Positions 49,226 through 62,677 are shown, counted from the stretch's first letter. The stretch: DNA of 64,000 bases from Candidatus Poribacteria bacterium (GCA_965215015.1 OZ244042.1:2368001-2432000); one strand, 5' to 3'. Notes: generated from the letters alone by a model not told the origin. Program-made: numbers and translations.

Positions 49226-50410
49226 ATGAAAATCAGAGGCCTCAAAACCTACAAATTCAACGTACCTATGGGTAAACCAGTTCGAGATCCACATACCGGC
49301 GAACTGTTAAGCAGCCTTTCCAAGCCTTGGCTATTTCTAAAAATTGAAACTGATGCTGGCATTGACGGTTGGGGTGAAGGCAGTGGTGAATGGCTGACGC
49401 TACCGGTCGAAGCGACCCTGCACGAATGGTCAAGCCTCCTAATCGATCAGAATCCACTGTTGATTGTAGCACTGACTGAGGACATTACGAACCGCCTACC
49501 GTGGAAGGGCGGTCCCGTATTCGGCACAGCCATCGCGGCAATTAACGCCGCCCTGTACGACATCGCGGGTAAAGCGTGGGGCGTACCGGTACACACCATC
49601 CTCGGTGGTAGGCGGCGGGACCGGATTCGCGTCTACTGCGGTGGGAATCTGTTTTCTACCCCAGAGGAGGCGGCAGACGCAGCACAAGAGGTGAAGGCGC
49701 AAGGATATGCTGGGGTCAAGAGCAACCCACTAGAAAGCCGCACCTGGCAGATGGATGAAGAAGCGGTTGAACACTCAACGGCGTGTGTGGGGGCGGCGCG
49801 TGAGGCGGTGGGACCGAATTTTGACATCCTGCTGGATGCACACGGGAGCCCGACGCCAGAGTTGAGTGTTAAATTTGCTCGGTGTGTTGCCCCATTCAAA
49901 CCATTGTTTCTGGAGGAACCGGTCAAGGTGGGTTCAATTGAAGCATTGATGGAGGTCACGCGGAAAAGCACAGTGCCGATTGCGACCGGCGAAAAGTTGT
50001 TCACGATTCGTGACTTTAAGCCGTTAATTGACAATCGAGCGTGTGCTGTCCTGCAGCCGGATGTCACACACTGTTTTGGGATTACTACGCTGGTCGATAT
50101 TGCCAAATTAGCGGCATCGGAACAAATGCTCATGGCACCACACAACGCCGGTGGTCCGCTCTGTTTTGCTGCAACGCTTCACGCCGATGCGGTCATGAAT
50201 AACTTTCTCATTCAGGAGACAAGCAGCCGGCTGTCACTATTCGATCGCTGCGTTGAACATGATTGGACGATAAAGGATGGGCACGTCAACCTCTCAGACG
50301 CACCGGGGCTAGGGATTTCAGTGAAGGAATCCGATCTTGGTGCTTTGCCTTATGAATCGTTGCCCTATCGGCAGTACCGACATGCGGATGGCAGTTGGAA
50401 GGGTTGGTGA
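49226..50410 (+). CDS. Enolase-superfamily (mandelate racemase-like) enzyme
   Basis: GWGE, LDAHG, FLEEP, ATGEK, QPD, APHN. Confidence 0.9.
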   Translation: MKIRGLKTYKFNVPMGKPVRDPHTGELLSSLSKPWLFLKIETDAGIDGWGEGSGEWLTLPVEATLHEWSSLLIDQNPLLIVALTEDITNRLPWKGGPVFGTAIAAINAALYDIAGKAWGVPVHTILGGRRRDRIRVYCGGNLFSTPEEAADAAQEVKAQGYAGVKSNPLESRTWQMDEEAVEHSTACVGAAREAVGPNFDILLDAHGSPTPELSVKFARCVAPFKPLFLEEPVKVGSIEALMEVTRKSTVPIATGEKLFTIRDFKPLIDNRACAVLQPDVTHCFGITTLVDIAKLAASEQMLMAPHNAGGPLCFAATLHADAVMNNFLIQETSSRLSLFDRCVEHDWTIKDGHVNLSDAPGLGISVKESDLGALPYESLPYRQYRHADGSWKGW

Positions 50411-50511
50411 GCGATGCATTAAGAAATACAGTCTGCCGGTGAATAACAAGCGCGTAGGTTCTCGGTTTACCTGCGGAGATTAGCAGGTGTTAAAAGAAAG
50501 GAACTGCCACA

Positions 50512-51330
50512 ATGATTAAGCTCGGAATAATGGCGCGTGCTACGGATGAGGCCGTATTTCAAAACCACGTCCAATTCGCGCACGAATTGGGATTGGATGT
50601 CATTGATTTCCATCTATCGGGTTTACCGAGAGCCCCCGATTTTCTGCGCCGAATAAAGATCTTATGTATGCAGCACGGTTTACCCATCGGCTATCTGGGA
50701 GCCGGTAGTTTTGTGGGACCCGAGGAAGAGATGCAGCATGTAGTGGCGCGAGGCAAGGCAGATGTTGACCTGGCAGCGTTTCTATCAGCACAAATGATTC
50801 GCGTGTTTGCAAGATACAAATGGCCAGATACCGTTGAGGAACAAGAAGCCTTGTGGGGGCCGATGATCGCTCGTTTCCAAGAACTATCTGACTATGCAGC
50901 GGAGAAAGGTGTCTTCTTAGGGCTGCAGAATCATAACAACGGCAGTTTTGCGATGACAGCGGATCAGGTTTTGCACATCCTGCGGGAGACGGACCGTGAA
51001 AACTTTACCTTTATTATGGATACCGGTCAATGGTTGAATGCCATTGGATCGCATCCCCGCGGCGAGTTTGATCCAAACGTAAATCTCTACAAAGACTACC
51101 TGGAGCCGACCGTCCCATACGCGACCTACGTCCGTGCCAAAATTTACAAAATTGACAGCGGACGGGAAGAATGGCTTGATTACAGACGGATTCTAAAAAT
51201 TTTGAAGGCGGTGGGCTTTAATGGCAATATGTCCATCGTATTTGAAGGTGGTGACCGCAATAGATACGATACGGACGCGTGCCTTAGACTTGCCGTCACG
51301 CATCTACGCGAGTTGCTCGCTGACTACTAG
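50512..51330 (+). CDS. Sugar phosphate isomerase/epimerase (xylose isomerase-like TIM barrel)
   Basis: LGLQNH, MDTGQW, LDYRRIL..GFNG..IVFEG. Confidence 0.85.
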   Translation: MIKLGIMARATDEAVFQNHVQFAHELGLDVIDFHLSGLPRAPDFLRRIKILCMQHGLPIGYLGAGSFVGPEEEMQHVVARGKADVDLAAFLSAQMIRVFARYKWPDTVEEQEALWGPMIARFQELSDYAAEKGVFLGLQNHNNGSFAMTADQVLHILRETDRENFTFIMDTGQWLNAIGSHPRGEFDPNVNLYKDYLEPTVPYATYVRAKIYKIDSGREEWLDYRRILKILKAVGFNGNMSIVFEGGDRNRYDTDACLRLAVTHLRELLADY

Positions 51331-51374
51331 CTTATTTCAGTTGTCCGAGGATGTTCTGTTTTAGGGAGGAATGG

Positions 51375-52199
51375 ATGATTATTGATACACATTTACACGT
51401 TTGGAGTGAGGACTTCTCTCGTTATCCATTTACCGATGGGAGACAAACGGATGAAGGCGCACCGGTTGAGTTGCTAAACGAGGTGATGGCTGAGACAGGG
51501 GTGGATAGAGCCGTTATCGTTCAGCCAATCTATTATCTCTATGACAACCGATATGTAGCGGAATGTCTTCGACGCTTCCCGGGGAAATTTGCGGCAATCG
51601 GGTTGGTGAATCGTCTCGCCCCTGATGCGCCGGACCAACTTGAACGTTTAGTCATGGAAGATGGATTCGGGGGGCTGCGGATACATTTGGCACGGGTCGA
51701 CGACCCCGCGGAATGGGCGGCACCCGACCAGGACCCAATATGGCGACGTGCTGAGGATTTGGGAGTCTGTTTCATTGTGTACGGTCCAGCGACCCATTTG
51801 CCCGCTGTCGAGCCCATCATCGCCCGTTTTCCAAATGTCCCCGTTGTGCTAGATCATATCGGTGGAGCACCGACGGACGAAGACCCACCGTATCCACTTC
51901 TCAGCAACGTGCTAAACCTAGCGCGGTATCCACAGGTCTATGTGAAATTCACCCCCCAATCCCATAAGTCGAAGCTGCCATATCCGCACGAGGATACATT
52001 TCCTACGTTTCGCCGTCTATACGATGCCTTCGGACCGGAACGGTTGATGTGGGGGACAAACTTTCCGGGCGTACTCAGAGGAGTTGGGTATCTGCCTGCA
52101 TTGGAGATGTTCAGAACGCATCTGGACTTTCTCACGGATTCAGACAAAGAGTGGTTGTTCTGCAAGGCAGCGTTGAAGGTGTGGAAGTTTAGGGATTGA
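51375..52199 (+). CDS. Amidohydrolase family 2 (sugar lactonase-like)
   Basis: IDTHLH, VLDHIG, RLMWGTNFP. Confidence 0.88.
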   Translation: MIIDTHLHVWSEDFSRYPFTDGRQTDEGAPVELLNEVMAETGVDRAVIVQPIYYLYDNRYVAECLRRFPGKFAAIGLVNRLAPDAPDQLERLVMEDGFGGLRIHLARVDDPAEWAAPDQDPIWRRAEDLGVCFIVYGPATHLPAVEPIIARFPNVPVVLDHIGGAPTDEDPPYPLLSNVLNLARYPQVYVKFTPQSHKSKLPYPHEDTFPTFRRLYDAFGPERLMWGTNFPGVLRGVGYLPALEMFRTHLDFLTDSDKEWLFCKAALKVWKFRD

Positions 52200-52486
52200 T
52201 GAACAATCCCTAAAGAAGGGGGACGATGCCTTGCTAGGTTCTGTTGGCGTTAGCGGGCGGGTGCGTATCAGTCCAGAATCGAGCGGTGCATTGCGACGGT
52301 CGCAACGCTTTGGACGAGCACATTGTAGCTGGCGTCTGTTTCTATTATAGCTGTCTTAAAGTAGTAGGCATACTCTGTATGCCGTGCCCGTTGTGCAAAT
52401 GATGGCACGACGGATTGTGCCTACTACTATATGCTACTGTTGGTGCATTACGCGTCACACTTCACACAATCTTGCGAGGTGTTAAG

Positions 52487-53548
52487 ATGAATTTTGAACC
52501 GACCGATCAAGATATTGTCGTTAATGCTGATGGATTAAAGGAGTTTGCTAGTCAATTGTATCAAAAAGCAGGCGTCCCACGATCGGATGCCGATGCTGTT
52601 GCACATCTGCAAGTTGAGACGGATCTGCACGGCATCCATTCCCACGGAACTCGGGCGCTGGCTGGCTACGTCCGAAGCATTCTAGCCGGAAGAATCAATC
52701 CTACTCCGAATCTCACGATTACCCGTGAGGGACCCGCATTTGCACGTGTCAACGGCGATCGTGCGTTGGGACATGTGGTTGGTAAGTTCTCAATGGAGTT
52801 AGCAATCGAAAAGGCGAAGAGTGCCGGTATCGGTGCCGTGGGTGCATATGCCACCAATCACTTCGGTGCTGCGAGTGCCACCGCGATGCTTGCCCTTAAA
52901 CATGGCATGATTGGGTTTAGCACATCAACTAGTGGTCCAGGAGTTGCGCCCTTTGGGGGCAAGACGGGCGTTGTCGGAAACAATCCGTTTTCTTATGCTA
53001 TTCCCGCGAAGACGGAGCCGCCCATTCTCCTTGATATGGCGTGTGGCGTTTCGGCGTGGGGTAGGGTTGGCACGAGGCGGTTATACGGAGAGAGGTTGAC
53101 CTCCGGCTGGGTGTTGGATGAAGAGGGCAAGGAGACGGACGACCCCAGCAAAGCACATGTCCTGTTGCCGATGGGTGGTGCAAAAGGGTACGCCCTTGCA
53201 TTGGTGGTGGACGCACTGGCAGGTCCCTTGACAGGCATGATTGCAACTGTCAATCAGACAGGCGATGTTCCGCTTGACAAACAGGGATCAGGGCTGTTCT
53301 ACTACGCAATTAATATTGATAGCTTTGTGCCGCTTGACGAGTTCACCGAGGAGATTGATCGGGAGATTCGTGTACTTCGGTCAAGTCCCCCTGCCGAGGG
53401 GTTTGATCGGGTCTATTTTCCCGGCGAGTTGGAGGCGATGAAACATGCCCAGTGGACCAAGAACGGGCTCCCGTTACATCGGGATCATTTGCAGGGATTG
53501 GCGGATTTGGCAGATGAACTAGGTGTCCCCATATTCTGGAAAGCGTAA
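52487..53548 (+). CDS. Ldh_2 family oxidoreductase (malate / L-sulfolactate dehydrogenase-like)
   Basis: GIHSHG, NHFG, GNNP, LDMA, GGAKGYAL, YFPGE. Confidence 0.9.
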   Translation: MNFEPTDQDIVVNADGLKEFASQLYQKAGVPRSDADAVAHLQVETDLHGIHSHGTRALAGYVRSILAGRINPTPNLTITREGPAFARVNGDRALGHVVGKFSMELAIEKAKSAGIGAVGAYATNHFGAASATAMLALKHGMIGFSTSTSGPGVAPFGGKTGVVGNNPFSYAIPAKTEPPILLDMACGVSAWGRVGTRRLYGERLTSGWVLDEEGKETDDPSKAHVLLPMGGAKGYALALVVDALAGPLTGMIATVNQTGDVPLDKQGSGLFYYAINIDSFVPLDEFTEEIDREIRVLRSSPPAEGFDRVYFPGELEAMKHAQWTKNGLPLHRDHLQGLADLADELGVPIFWKA

Positions 53549-54168
53549 GGTATATCATACTCTAAGTTGTTAGGTTCTGTTGAGATTTGACAGTAGGTTG
53601 GGTTAAACGGTTAAAAGCAAATCCATATCAACTACAATAGCGATTCTGCTTTTCAACAACGGTTTCTTATTATTTAAGACTTCGCTGTTGACCCCTCAAA
53701 GCCTCGTAGTTGGGTGATTCGTCACCCCATAACACGACTCACAAGGTCCGATGAATCGGGCAACTCCAGTGTAGCCGACAGGAGTCGGCACGCTCCCGTG
53801 CCGACTCCCCTCGAATCCCGAATACCCACACGGTATCAGCCCCCTAAAAACCCCACCCCCCCAAGCGAGGGAAAATCGGCTCAATGAACCTGTTTCCCCT
53901 GCTTGCGGGGGGACACCCCACCGGGTTTTAGCGGGGAAGAGGGGACGGCATACAGCGTATGCCTACTCCCTTAAGGACGCGCAATGAATTGTGCGACTGC
54001 AAACGGAAGTACATAATTCCTAACAGTAAGCCCCAACTGTATAATGGCTTGTGTAGGTTGATTTTCCAAAATCGACGTTTCGGTGTTGAAATATGAATCT
54101 TGAATAGCGAATTGGGATAAGTAGTAACTTGCCTTACAATAAACATATTTAGGAGGAAATCGAAGAGA

Positions 54169-55179
54169 ATGAAATCAAGGTTATTATTATTAATCGTCTG
54201 CTTGCTCTTTTTTACGCTAATGGTGATACCGCTCGAATCTAACGGACACAGTGTGGAAATATACAGTGTACAAATGAGTGATGAGGATCCCATCGTCCGC
54301 CGCGCCGCTGCCGAACAATTGGTTCGGGTGAGTAAAAACCACGCGGAAACCGTGCTACCATTACTAGTAAAGGCATTAAAGGACGAAGATAAACATGTTC
54401 GTCGCTACACGGCGATGGCACTTGGTACAATGGGTAAACCTGCCATAGATGCTATTCCTGCATTAATCGAAGCACTAAAGGCTGAAGAAGATGTGACAGT
54501 CCGTTCCAAAATTGCTGAATTATTGGGGCGGTTTGGCAAGAATCACACGCAAGATGTCGTTCCGGCACTGATAACAGCCTTAAAAGATAAAGATCCATGG
54601 GTGCGTTCCAAGGTTGCGACGGCATTAGGTAAGCTTGGTGAACCAGCACACGAGGCTATCCCTGCATTGATAGCAGCATTACAGGACGAGGATGAAGGGG
54701 TACGCCGCAGGACTGCTGAAGCACTTGGAGGGATTGGTGAACCAGCACACGAGGCTATCCCTGCATTGATAGCAGCATTGCAGGACGAGGATAAGGGAGT
54801 GGGCCGCTACGCTGCCGCCGCGTTGGGACGGATAGGTAAAACAGCACAAGCAGCTGTGGCGGCATTAACGCAAGCACTGAAGGAGGAAGATGAAAAGATT
54901 GCTCTTGCCGCTGCCATTGCTCTAGGGCGAATCGGTGAGCCTGTTGAAGAGGCCATCTCAATGTTGATAGATGCTTTACAGACGAAAGAGTGGCATATTC
55001 GTGAAGAAGCGGTTACGGCCCTGGGTGGTGTGGCGGATTCTGCTCAAGGTATCGTGCCTGTGTTGATAGGGGCATTGGAGGATGAGCATAAAGGTGTTCG
55101 TTACCATGCTCTCGAAGCATTAATAGAGATAGACACGCCAGAAGCAACAAAAGCGGTCGAAGAATTTAGAAAAAAATAG
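54169..55179 (+). CDS. Secreted HEAT-repeat protein
   Basis: Signal peptide; ~33-aa repeats AIPALIAALQDED..VR..AA.ALG. Confidence 0.9.
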   Translation: MKSRLLLLIVCLLFFTLMVIPLESNGHSVEIYSVQMSDEDPIVRRAAAEQLVRVSKNHAETVLPLLVKALKDEDKHVRRYTAMALGTMGKPAIDAIPALIEALKAEEDVTVRSKIAELLGRFGKNHTQDVVPALITALKDKDPWVRSKVATALGKLGEPAHEAIPALIAALQDEDEGVRRRTAEALGGIGEPAHEAIPALIAALQDEDKGVGRYAAAALGRIGKTAQAAVAALTQALKEEDEKIALAAAIALGRIGEPVEEAISMLIDALQTKEWHIREEAVTALGGVADSAQGIVPVLIGALEDEHKGVRYHALEALIEIDTPEATKAVEEFRKK

Positions 55180-55189
55180 TGAAAAGAAA

Positions 55190-55710
55190 TATAGTGAATC
55201 CTACAATTAATGATACATATTGATAATATCCTCAAGGTGTCTATCAGCATTGTATGAACGGTGCCTCTGGAGATTGGCAGAATCGTGTTCAACGGGATTA
55301 TAATCAGGCGAATAAGGTGGCAAGTATACCAACGCCGCGCACACCCTTCTATCAATGCCCGAGTCTCAACCGTCCTGTGAATACGCGCATTATCCATTAT
55401 CACCACACTCTTGGCGTCCAAAAGTGGACATAACTCCTCATCAAGCCATGTGTTGAAACTTTTGGTATGACAACCCCCGATACTCACCTCAGGGCAGTCA
55501 ACTGATTGTTCGGCCGCGCCGCTATCAAAGTCATCGGCCGCGTTTTCTGACTGGATAGCAAGCCATGGACGGATTCGCCCCGGGGGCATAACCATAATTT
55601 CTGAAAGTTTCATCTTGGAAACTGGTCTCGTCAATGTAAACTATGGTTTTGTCAGAGGTCTCTGCGGCTGCGAGTTGCTGCCGATAGGCTGCCCGTTTTT
55701 TTGAACATTA
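55190..55710 (-). pseudogene. IS630-family transposase remnant
   Basis: IVYIDET, VVIMDNARIH and frameshifted YLPPYSPDYNPVEH; TA-flanked end near 55190. Confidence 0.78.
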
Positions 55711-56464
55711 CTCCTTACCGGCCGATTCTATTAAACCTCAACAAAAAGATCCTATAAAATAGAATAAAAACAAATTACTATTAATTGAACCAGGAATAGG
55801 GGTATTCAATATACGAATAAGTAATAAGAAAGCTAATGTGTTAAAGCTCTATTCTATGCTCTATTCTATAACGAACCTTTCATGAATCAAGGGGATCTCT
55901 TAGGATATATGATCCCAAATATAGGGGTGTTTGGAGTCAGCTTTGATGCTGAAAGCTTTGTAGACAGTATTCTAATTATGGATCCTAACGAAGCAAAAAC
56001 GGCAGACGGAAATGGTATTGGTTCTACAGTTTAAAAAATAGGGTTACGCACTTGAGTTTGTCGTAACGCCCTTTAACCCCCATCACGATAGACGCTAAAT
56101 CGCTAACTGTCACCACCTGATTCATCGGGCGTCAAGAGGCATGTTCACCTAATCTGTAATCGTTGCACAGGGCCTGCCCTCGCTGAAATCGGGGTTGCCT
56201 AAACTGCCAAATGCACCCACATAGGCCTTCTGCCTGTCAATTTTCCACAATCGAGACTATAGACATTTGGGGGTCGAAATATGAATCTTGACCTATTTAT
56301 GCAAATTACGGTACCCACCAATATTTGCGTTGAAAACAAAAACAGGCTCAACTCTGCGGTGAACAGAGCGAGCCTGCGATAAACTTTACAAAATACAGGT
56401 CAGGTCAATCGGGATAACAAGCAGTGTGTGACGGCGACCATGCAGTGCCCCTACCCCGCCGAGA

Positions 56465-58672
<2,208 letters not shown>

Positions 58673-58944
58673 CTATGTAGTTAGGGTAGTTTGATTAAAC
58701 AATCAAGGTTAATGTTAAACAATCGTGCAACAGAGTCCGAGTTTTTCCGAAAAAAAACTCAGACTCAAATACCAATCGTGTTGGACTCTGGTTTTTGATC
58801 TGTTGAAAATACTTCGTATGTTGCGCTATGGCATACCCGACACCGTTATGCACGTTGCGCGAGATTCCGGGTATTTTTGCACTTTCTTTTTACATGACCC
58901 ACCTGTTTTTGAAACCTACTTTGAGGGTTCATTGGTTCAAAAAT

Positions 58945-59523
58945 TCATCTAATATACCAATGAACCCAGGCAAGCAGATCCGGGAGCGATGCCCACCATG
59001 CCTCCGTTGCACTGACGTGCAACAGGTGGGTATTGCCCGGCACATCGTTCGCCCCCAAGCCGCGCTCAATAATCTGCGTATGTGGGTCTTCCTCTAGCTG
59101 CTTGGCGAGTCTATCTTCCAATCGCTTACGTGAGCGAATTGCGACGAGCCCCACAAGCTCCACCGATGGCAAATCTAAGAGGAAATCAACGTTCCAGTGC
59201 AAGGTTTTGCCCCGTTGTGGCAATAGATTCCCGTTTCCCAAACCGCGTTCAGCAAATCGACGGAGCATCGTCTCGCGGATAGGATGTGGGTGTTGATCAC
59301 CGCTCCGCGTTGCGTGTCGAATGAGCCGCCGCGCCAAGGTGGTCGGTCCCTTCTCTGCGAGTGCGGAGCCGACATAAGCGTATTCACCAGCGGGCAGTGC
59401 AATCAACTTCCCTTTCTTGAACCGTCCGAATCGTAAGATAGCACCCTTTTTGAGGTGAATCCGCAGGATATAGGTTCCGGCCCGTGATTCATCGCCGATT
59501 ATAAGGATGCTTGGAGTTTCCAT
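58945..59523 (-). CDS. GIY-YIG nuclease-like protein (DUF123)
   Basis: GTYIL..G.YAYVGSA, RLIRH, LHWNVDFL. Confidence 0.8.
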   Translation of the reverse strand: METPSILIIGDESRAGTYILRIHLKKGAILRFGRFKKGKLIALPAGEYAYVGSALAEKGPTTLARRLIRHATRSGDQHPHPIRETMLRRFAERGLGNGNLLPQRGKTLHWNVDFLLDLPSVELVGLVAIRSRKRLEDRLAKQLEEDPHTQIIERGLGANDVPGNTHLLHVSATEAWWASLPDLLAWVHWYIR

Positions 59524-59588
59524 TAAATCACCGAGTGTATCATCGGTTTACGTCGTCCTGTTCTCTTTGAGTCAATCAATTAACCAGT

Positions 59589-60020
59589 CTATTCAGGTTG
59601 TCTTTTCATCTGAAAGTGTGTAGAGTTTTCATCCATGATTGTGAATCCTAGTCTTTGGTAGAAGGCGGTAGCACGGGTGTTAATCTTCAGCACCTGAAGC
59701 GTCACAGGTTTTTGTTCAAAAATAATACGGGTCATACACGCCGACCCGATTCCCCTTCCTTGGTACTCAGGCAGGATATAGAGCTGATTGACCTTGAGGG
59801 TGTCGGGAGTGGCAGATGTTGACAAGAAACCGACGTCGGTTCCGTGAAACTGGATGATGCGAAGATCCTGTGAAGCGAATCGCCCATTGTGCAAATCCCT
59901 TTGATAGGCCTCATCCCACCCCCAGATTTGCTCCACATATTCTCGGAATGCCGCCTTCTTTACGGCAAAAACAAATTCGCTGTCGGTTGCCTGGGCCTTG
60001 CGTACCTTCAACGCTTCCAC
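59589..60020 (-). CDS. GNAT N-acetyltransferase
   Basis: ILPEYQGRGIG, N..ATAFYQRLGF. Confidence 0.9.
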   Translation of the reverse strand: MEALKVRKAQATDSEFVFAVKKAAFREYVEQIWGWDEAYQRDLHNGRFASQDLRIIQFHGTDVGFLSTSATPDTLKVNQLYILPEYQGRGIGSACMTRIIFEQKPVTLQVLKINTRATAFYQRLGFTIMDENSTHFQMKRQPE

Positions 60021-60166
60021 TCAAGATCTCCATGTCCGTGTGATTGCAGATAACCCAGATTAGAAAATCCGCGCCCACGACTCGAAGCCCTATCCACCCG
60101 ATGGCCTTGACCTAATAGCATCGGTTCTAATCCGGTATAGAACTGTTTCCAAAGACTGGATTTAAG

Positions 60167-60595
60167 TCAACTTCGATTGATTGCACATGTTGGACATAAG
60201 CCGTATAGCTCTAGTTTGTATCCTTGAACTTCAAACCCTCTGGCTTTGAACTGATGCGTATTAAGCGGTTCAGAGAGCGGTGCGTCAACATCGAGTAACT
60301 GATCGCAATCAGTACAGATCAGGTGGTAATGCTCTGCGAGGTTTGCGTCAAAGCGGGCATATTCACCGTGCTCGACCTTGAGGATTAAACCGAGCTCGAC
60401 CAAAACGCCGAGGCTCCGATAGACAGTGCCCAAGCTGATATTTGGCAGACGGACCTTCACCGCATCATAAACCTCTTTCGCGCTTGGGTGATATTGCTGC
60501 CGTCGCACTTCTTCGAGAATAATCCGGCGTTGACGGGTAAATCGATAGCCTTCCTGCCTGAGCCCTTCACTTAATTCTTTCACATTAGCACGCAT
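60167..60595 (-). CDS. Fur-family regulator, PerR-like
   Basis: TRQRRII, HPSA, SLGTVYRSL, HYHLICTDC, GLCPTC; near katG. Confidence 0.92.
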   Translation of the reverse strand: MRANVKELSEGLRQEGYRFTRQRRIILEEVRRQQYHPSAKEVYDAVKVRLPNISLGTVYRSLGVLVELGLILKVEHGEYARFDANLAEHYHLICTDCDQLLDVDAPLSEPLNTHQFKARGFEVQGYKLELYGLCPTCAINRS

Positions 60596-60945
60596 AATAG
60601 GTTTTATTTATAGGACTTACGCAGTTGAACGCTCAACCCCAACACCAGACAAGGGCGCGCAATGCTTATCGTTGGTTGCAAACCCCCGGACTCTCGCGCA
60701 ATGTTCCGGGTGGATTGAGCCAATCGTGGGGCGCAACAGTGTCAGGTATTCTATTGCGCTAGAGTCAGGTATCCTCGGTGATTCATTGCCAGAGATAACA
60801 ACTCCTGACGCCCGATAAATCGGGCAACTACAGCAAGGACTCCATCAATGGACGCGTGGGAACGCAAATCTGCCTTCCCTACACCAGTTGACGCCTACCA
60901 ACTTCAAAGGAATAAATACTAACTGAGGGGTGTGCATAATGCCAT

Positions 60946-61006
60946 ATTAGTAATAATTCCTATTACTAATAGATGTAATTATATCAGAAAAAAATTAACA
61001 GGTCAA
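60946..61006 (-). promoter_or_regulatory. sigma70 promoter plus palindromic operator for the fur/perR-like gene
   Basis: Minus strand TTGACC-17bp-TATAAT (61006-60978); ATTAGTAATA-attcc-TATTACTAAT at 60946-60970. Confidence 0.7.
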
Positions 61007-61038
61007 GCCAAAAATGAGGTTTTTCCACGAAAAGGATA

Positions 61039-62103
61039 TTAAGCAAGCGCATTCACCACAGCGTTGCCGACCTGTGAGGTTGTGGCTTGACCGCCGAGGT
61101 CCGGCGGGAGGGTTTTGCCCTTCTCGACCACCTTTAGTACGGCTGCGTCTATGGTGTCCGCTGCCTCCACCTCACCGACGAAGCGCAGCATCATTGAACC
61201 GGACGTAATTGCCGCCAGTGGGTTGGCGATACCTTGCCCCATAATATCCGGTGCACTGCCGTGAACCGGCTCGAACATTGACGGGAATCGGCGTTGTGGG
61301 TCGATATTGCCGCTCGGGGCCAATCCCATGCTGCCGGTGATAATCGCGCCGATGTCCGTGAGGATATCCCCAAACAGGTTGCTAGCAACTACCACATCGA
61401 AGCCCTCTGGTCTCCGGACGAAATCCATACATGCTGCGTCCACAAGCAACGATTCCGTCTCAATGTCGGGATACTTTGTCGCCACTCGCTCGAAGGCGGT
61501 ATCCCATACAATCATGCCGTAGCCTTGCGCGTTCGACTTGGTGACCGAAGTAACTTTGCGCTTCTTATTTCGCGCCCGCGCTTGCTCAAAGGCGTAGGTA
61601 ATAACGCGCTCGCTGCCGTGGCGGGTGAATACACCGACCTGCACACCAATCTCTTCGGGGAACCCTTGATACTGAAATCCACCGACGTTGGCATACTCGC
61701 CCTCTGTGTTTTCCCGTATCACTAGCAGATCAATGTCCCACGCCCCTTTGCCTTTCAGCGGTGCATTGATGCCGGGATAGAGAACACTTGGTCGCTCGCA
61801 GACGTACTGATCGAATCTGCGCCGAATAGGCAGCAAAAGCCCGTTGAGTGTTAGATGGTCTTGGATGTCGGGGTGCCCGACCGCGCCAAGATAGATCTGG
61901 TCAAACTCTGCCAACGTATCGAGGGCATCGGTTGGCATCATGTGCCCATGCTTGAAGTAGTAGTCTGAACCCCAAGGAAACTCGACAAAGTCCCATTCGA
62001 TGTCATACCTGTCGGCGATGGCGTTGAGTATCTTGAGCCCCTCTTCCATCACCTCGATCCCAATCCCGTCTCCTCGAATAACTGCAATTTTGTATTGAGT
62101 CAT
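61039..62103 (-). CDS. Tartrate dehydrogenase/decarboxylase-like (isocitrate/isopropylmalate dehydrogenase family)
   Basis: GDGIGIEV, RENTEGEY, TKSN, NLFGDILTD, FEPVHGSAPDI. Confidence 0.9.
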   Translation of the reverse strand: MTQYKIAVIRGDGIGIEVMEEGLKILNAIADRYDIEWDFVEFPWGSDYYFKHGHMMPTDALDTLAEFDQIYLGAVGHPDIQDHLTLNGLLLPIRRRFDQYVCERPSVLYPGINAPLKGKGAWDIDLLVIRENTEGEYANVGGFQYQGFPEEIGVQVGVFTRHGSERVITYAFEQARARNKKRKVTSVTKSNAQGYGMIVWDTAFERVATKYPDIETESLLVDAACMDFVRRPEGFDVVVASNLFGDILTDIGAIITGSMGLAPSGNIDPQRRFPSMFEPVHGSAPDIMGQGIANPLAAITSGSMMLRFVGEVEAADTIDAAVLKVVEKGKTLPPDLGGQATTSQVGNAVVNALA

Positions 62104-62134
62104 GTTTTGCCTTTCTGGTATTCCTAACTTAGGT

Positions 62135-62301
62135 AAGGAGTGCTCATAAAGAGGTTTTGATGTGTTTATTTTTTTACACCTCTCCATGCGTAGGGAGTGG
62201 GTTTCTCAACCCGTCTGGCTTGGAAACCAAGCCCCTACGATTGACCCAGGTGCCCTCGCCTAAATTCAGCTATAATCCGTTTCCAATTATGCACACCCTT
62301 C
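62135..62301. mobile_element. MITE (GAGGGG family, degenerate), 8-bp TSD
   Basis: ACTTAGGT on both sides; interior matches the reverse complement of ~11740-11831. Confidence 0.7.
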
Positions 62302-62312
62302 ACTTAGGTTGC

Positions 62313-62611
62313 TAGGGCGTGTTGACATTTTGCTGTCGCCAGTTCCACAAATGCTGTAAGTCGGTCTAGATTCATATCTCGACAAAACCCCCGGACTCTG
62401 GCGCAATGTGCCGGGCGGATTGAACCAATCGTGGGGCACAACAGTGTTGAGTATTCTGGTGCCCCATAGTCTCTGGTATTTTATCGCGCAAATATTCTCA
62501 GTATTTTCGATTTTGCAGAATCTACCCAATGTAGGGGCGGGTCCTGTGCCTGCCCATCGAAGATTCTCGGAGCGGAGATGAATTCAATTCGTCAAATGTT
62601 AACAGAACCTA
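62313..62611. mobile_element. MITE with TAGG..TGTTGACA TIRs
   Basis: Ends match those of 43483-43759. Confidence 0.6.
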
Positions 62612-62677
62612 CCTATTAGTCAGAGAAACAGAGTCTTGCAAAAAAACTCTGTTTCTGCCAAGATGTAAGATCTATTA

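Noticed and set aside
55720-56035. AT-rich coding-like fragment
   Set aside because: Interrupted by stops and not assignable; probably a decayed gene.
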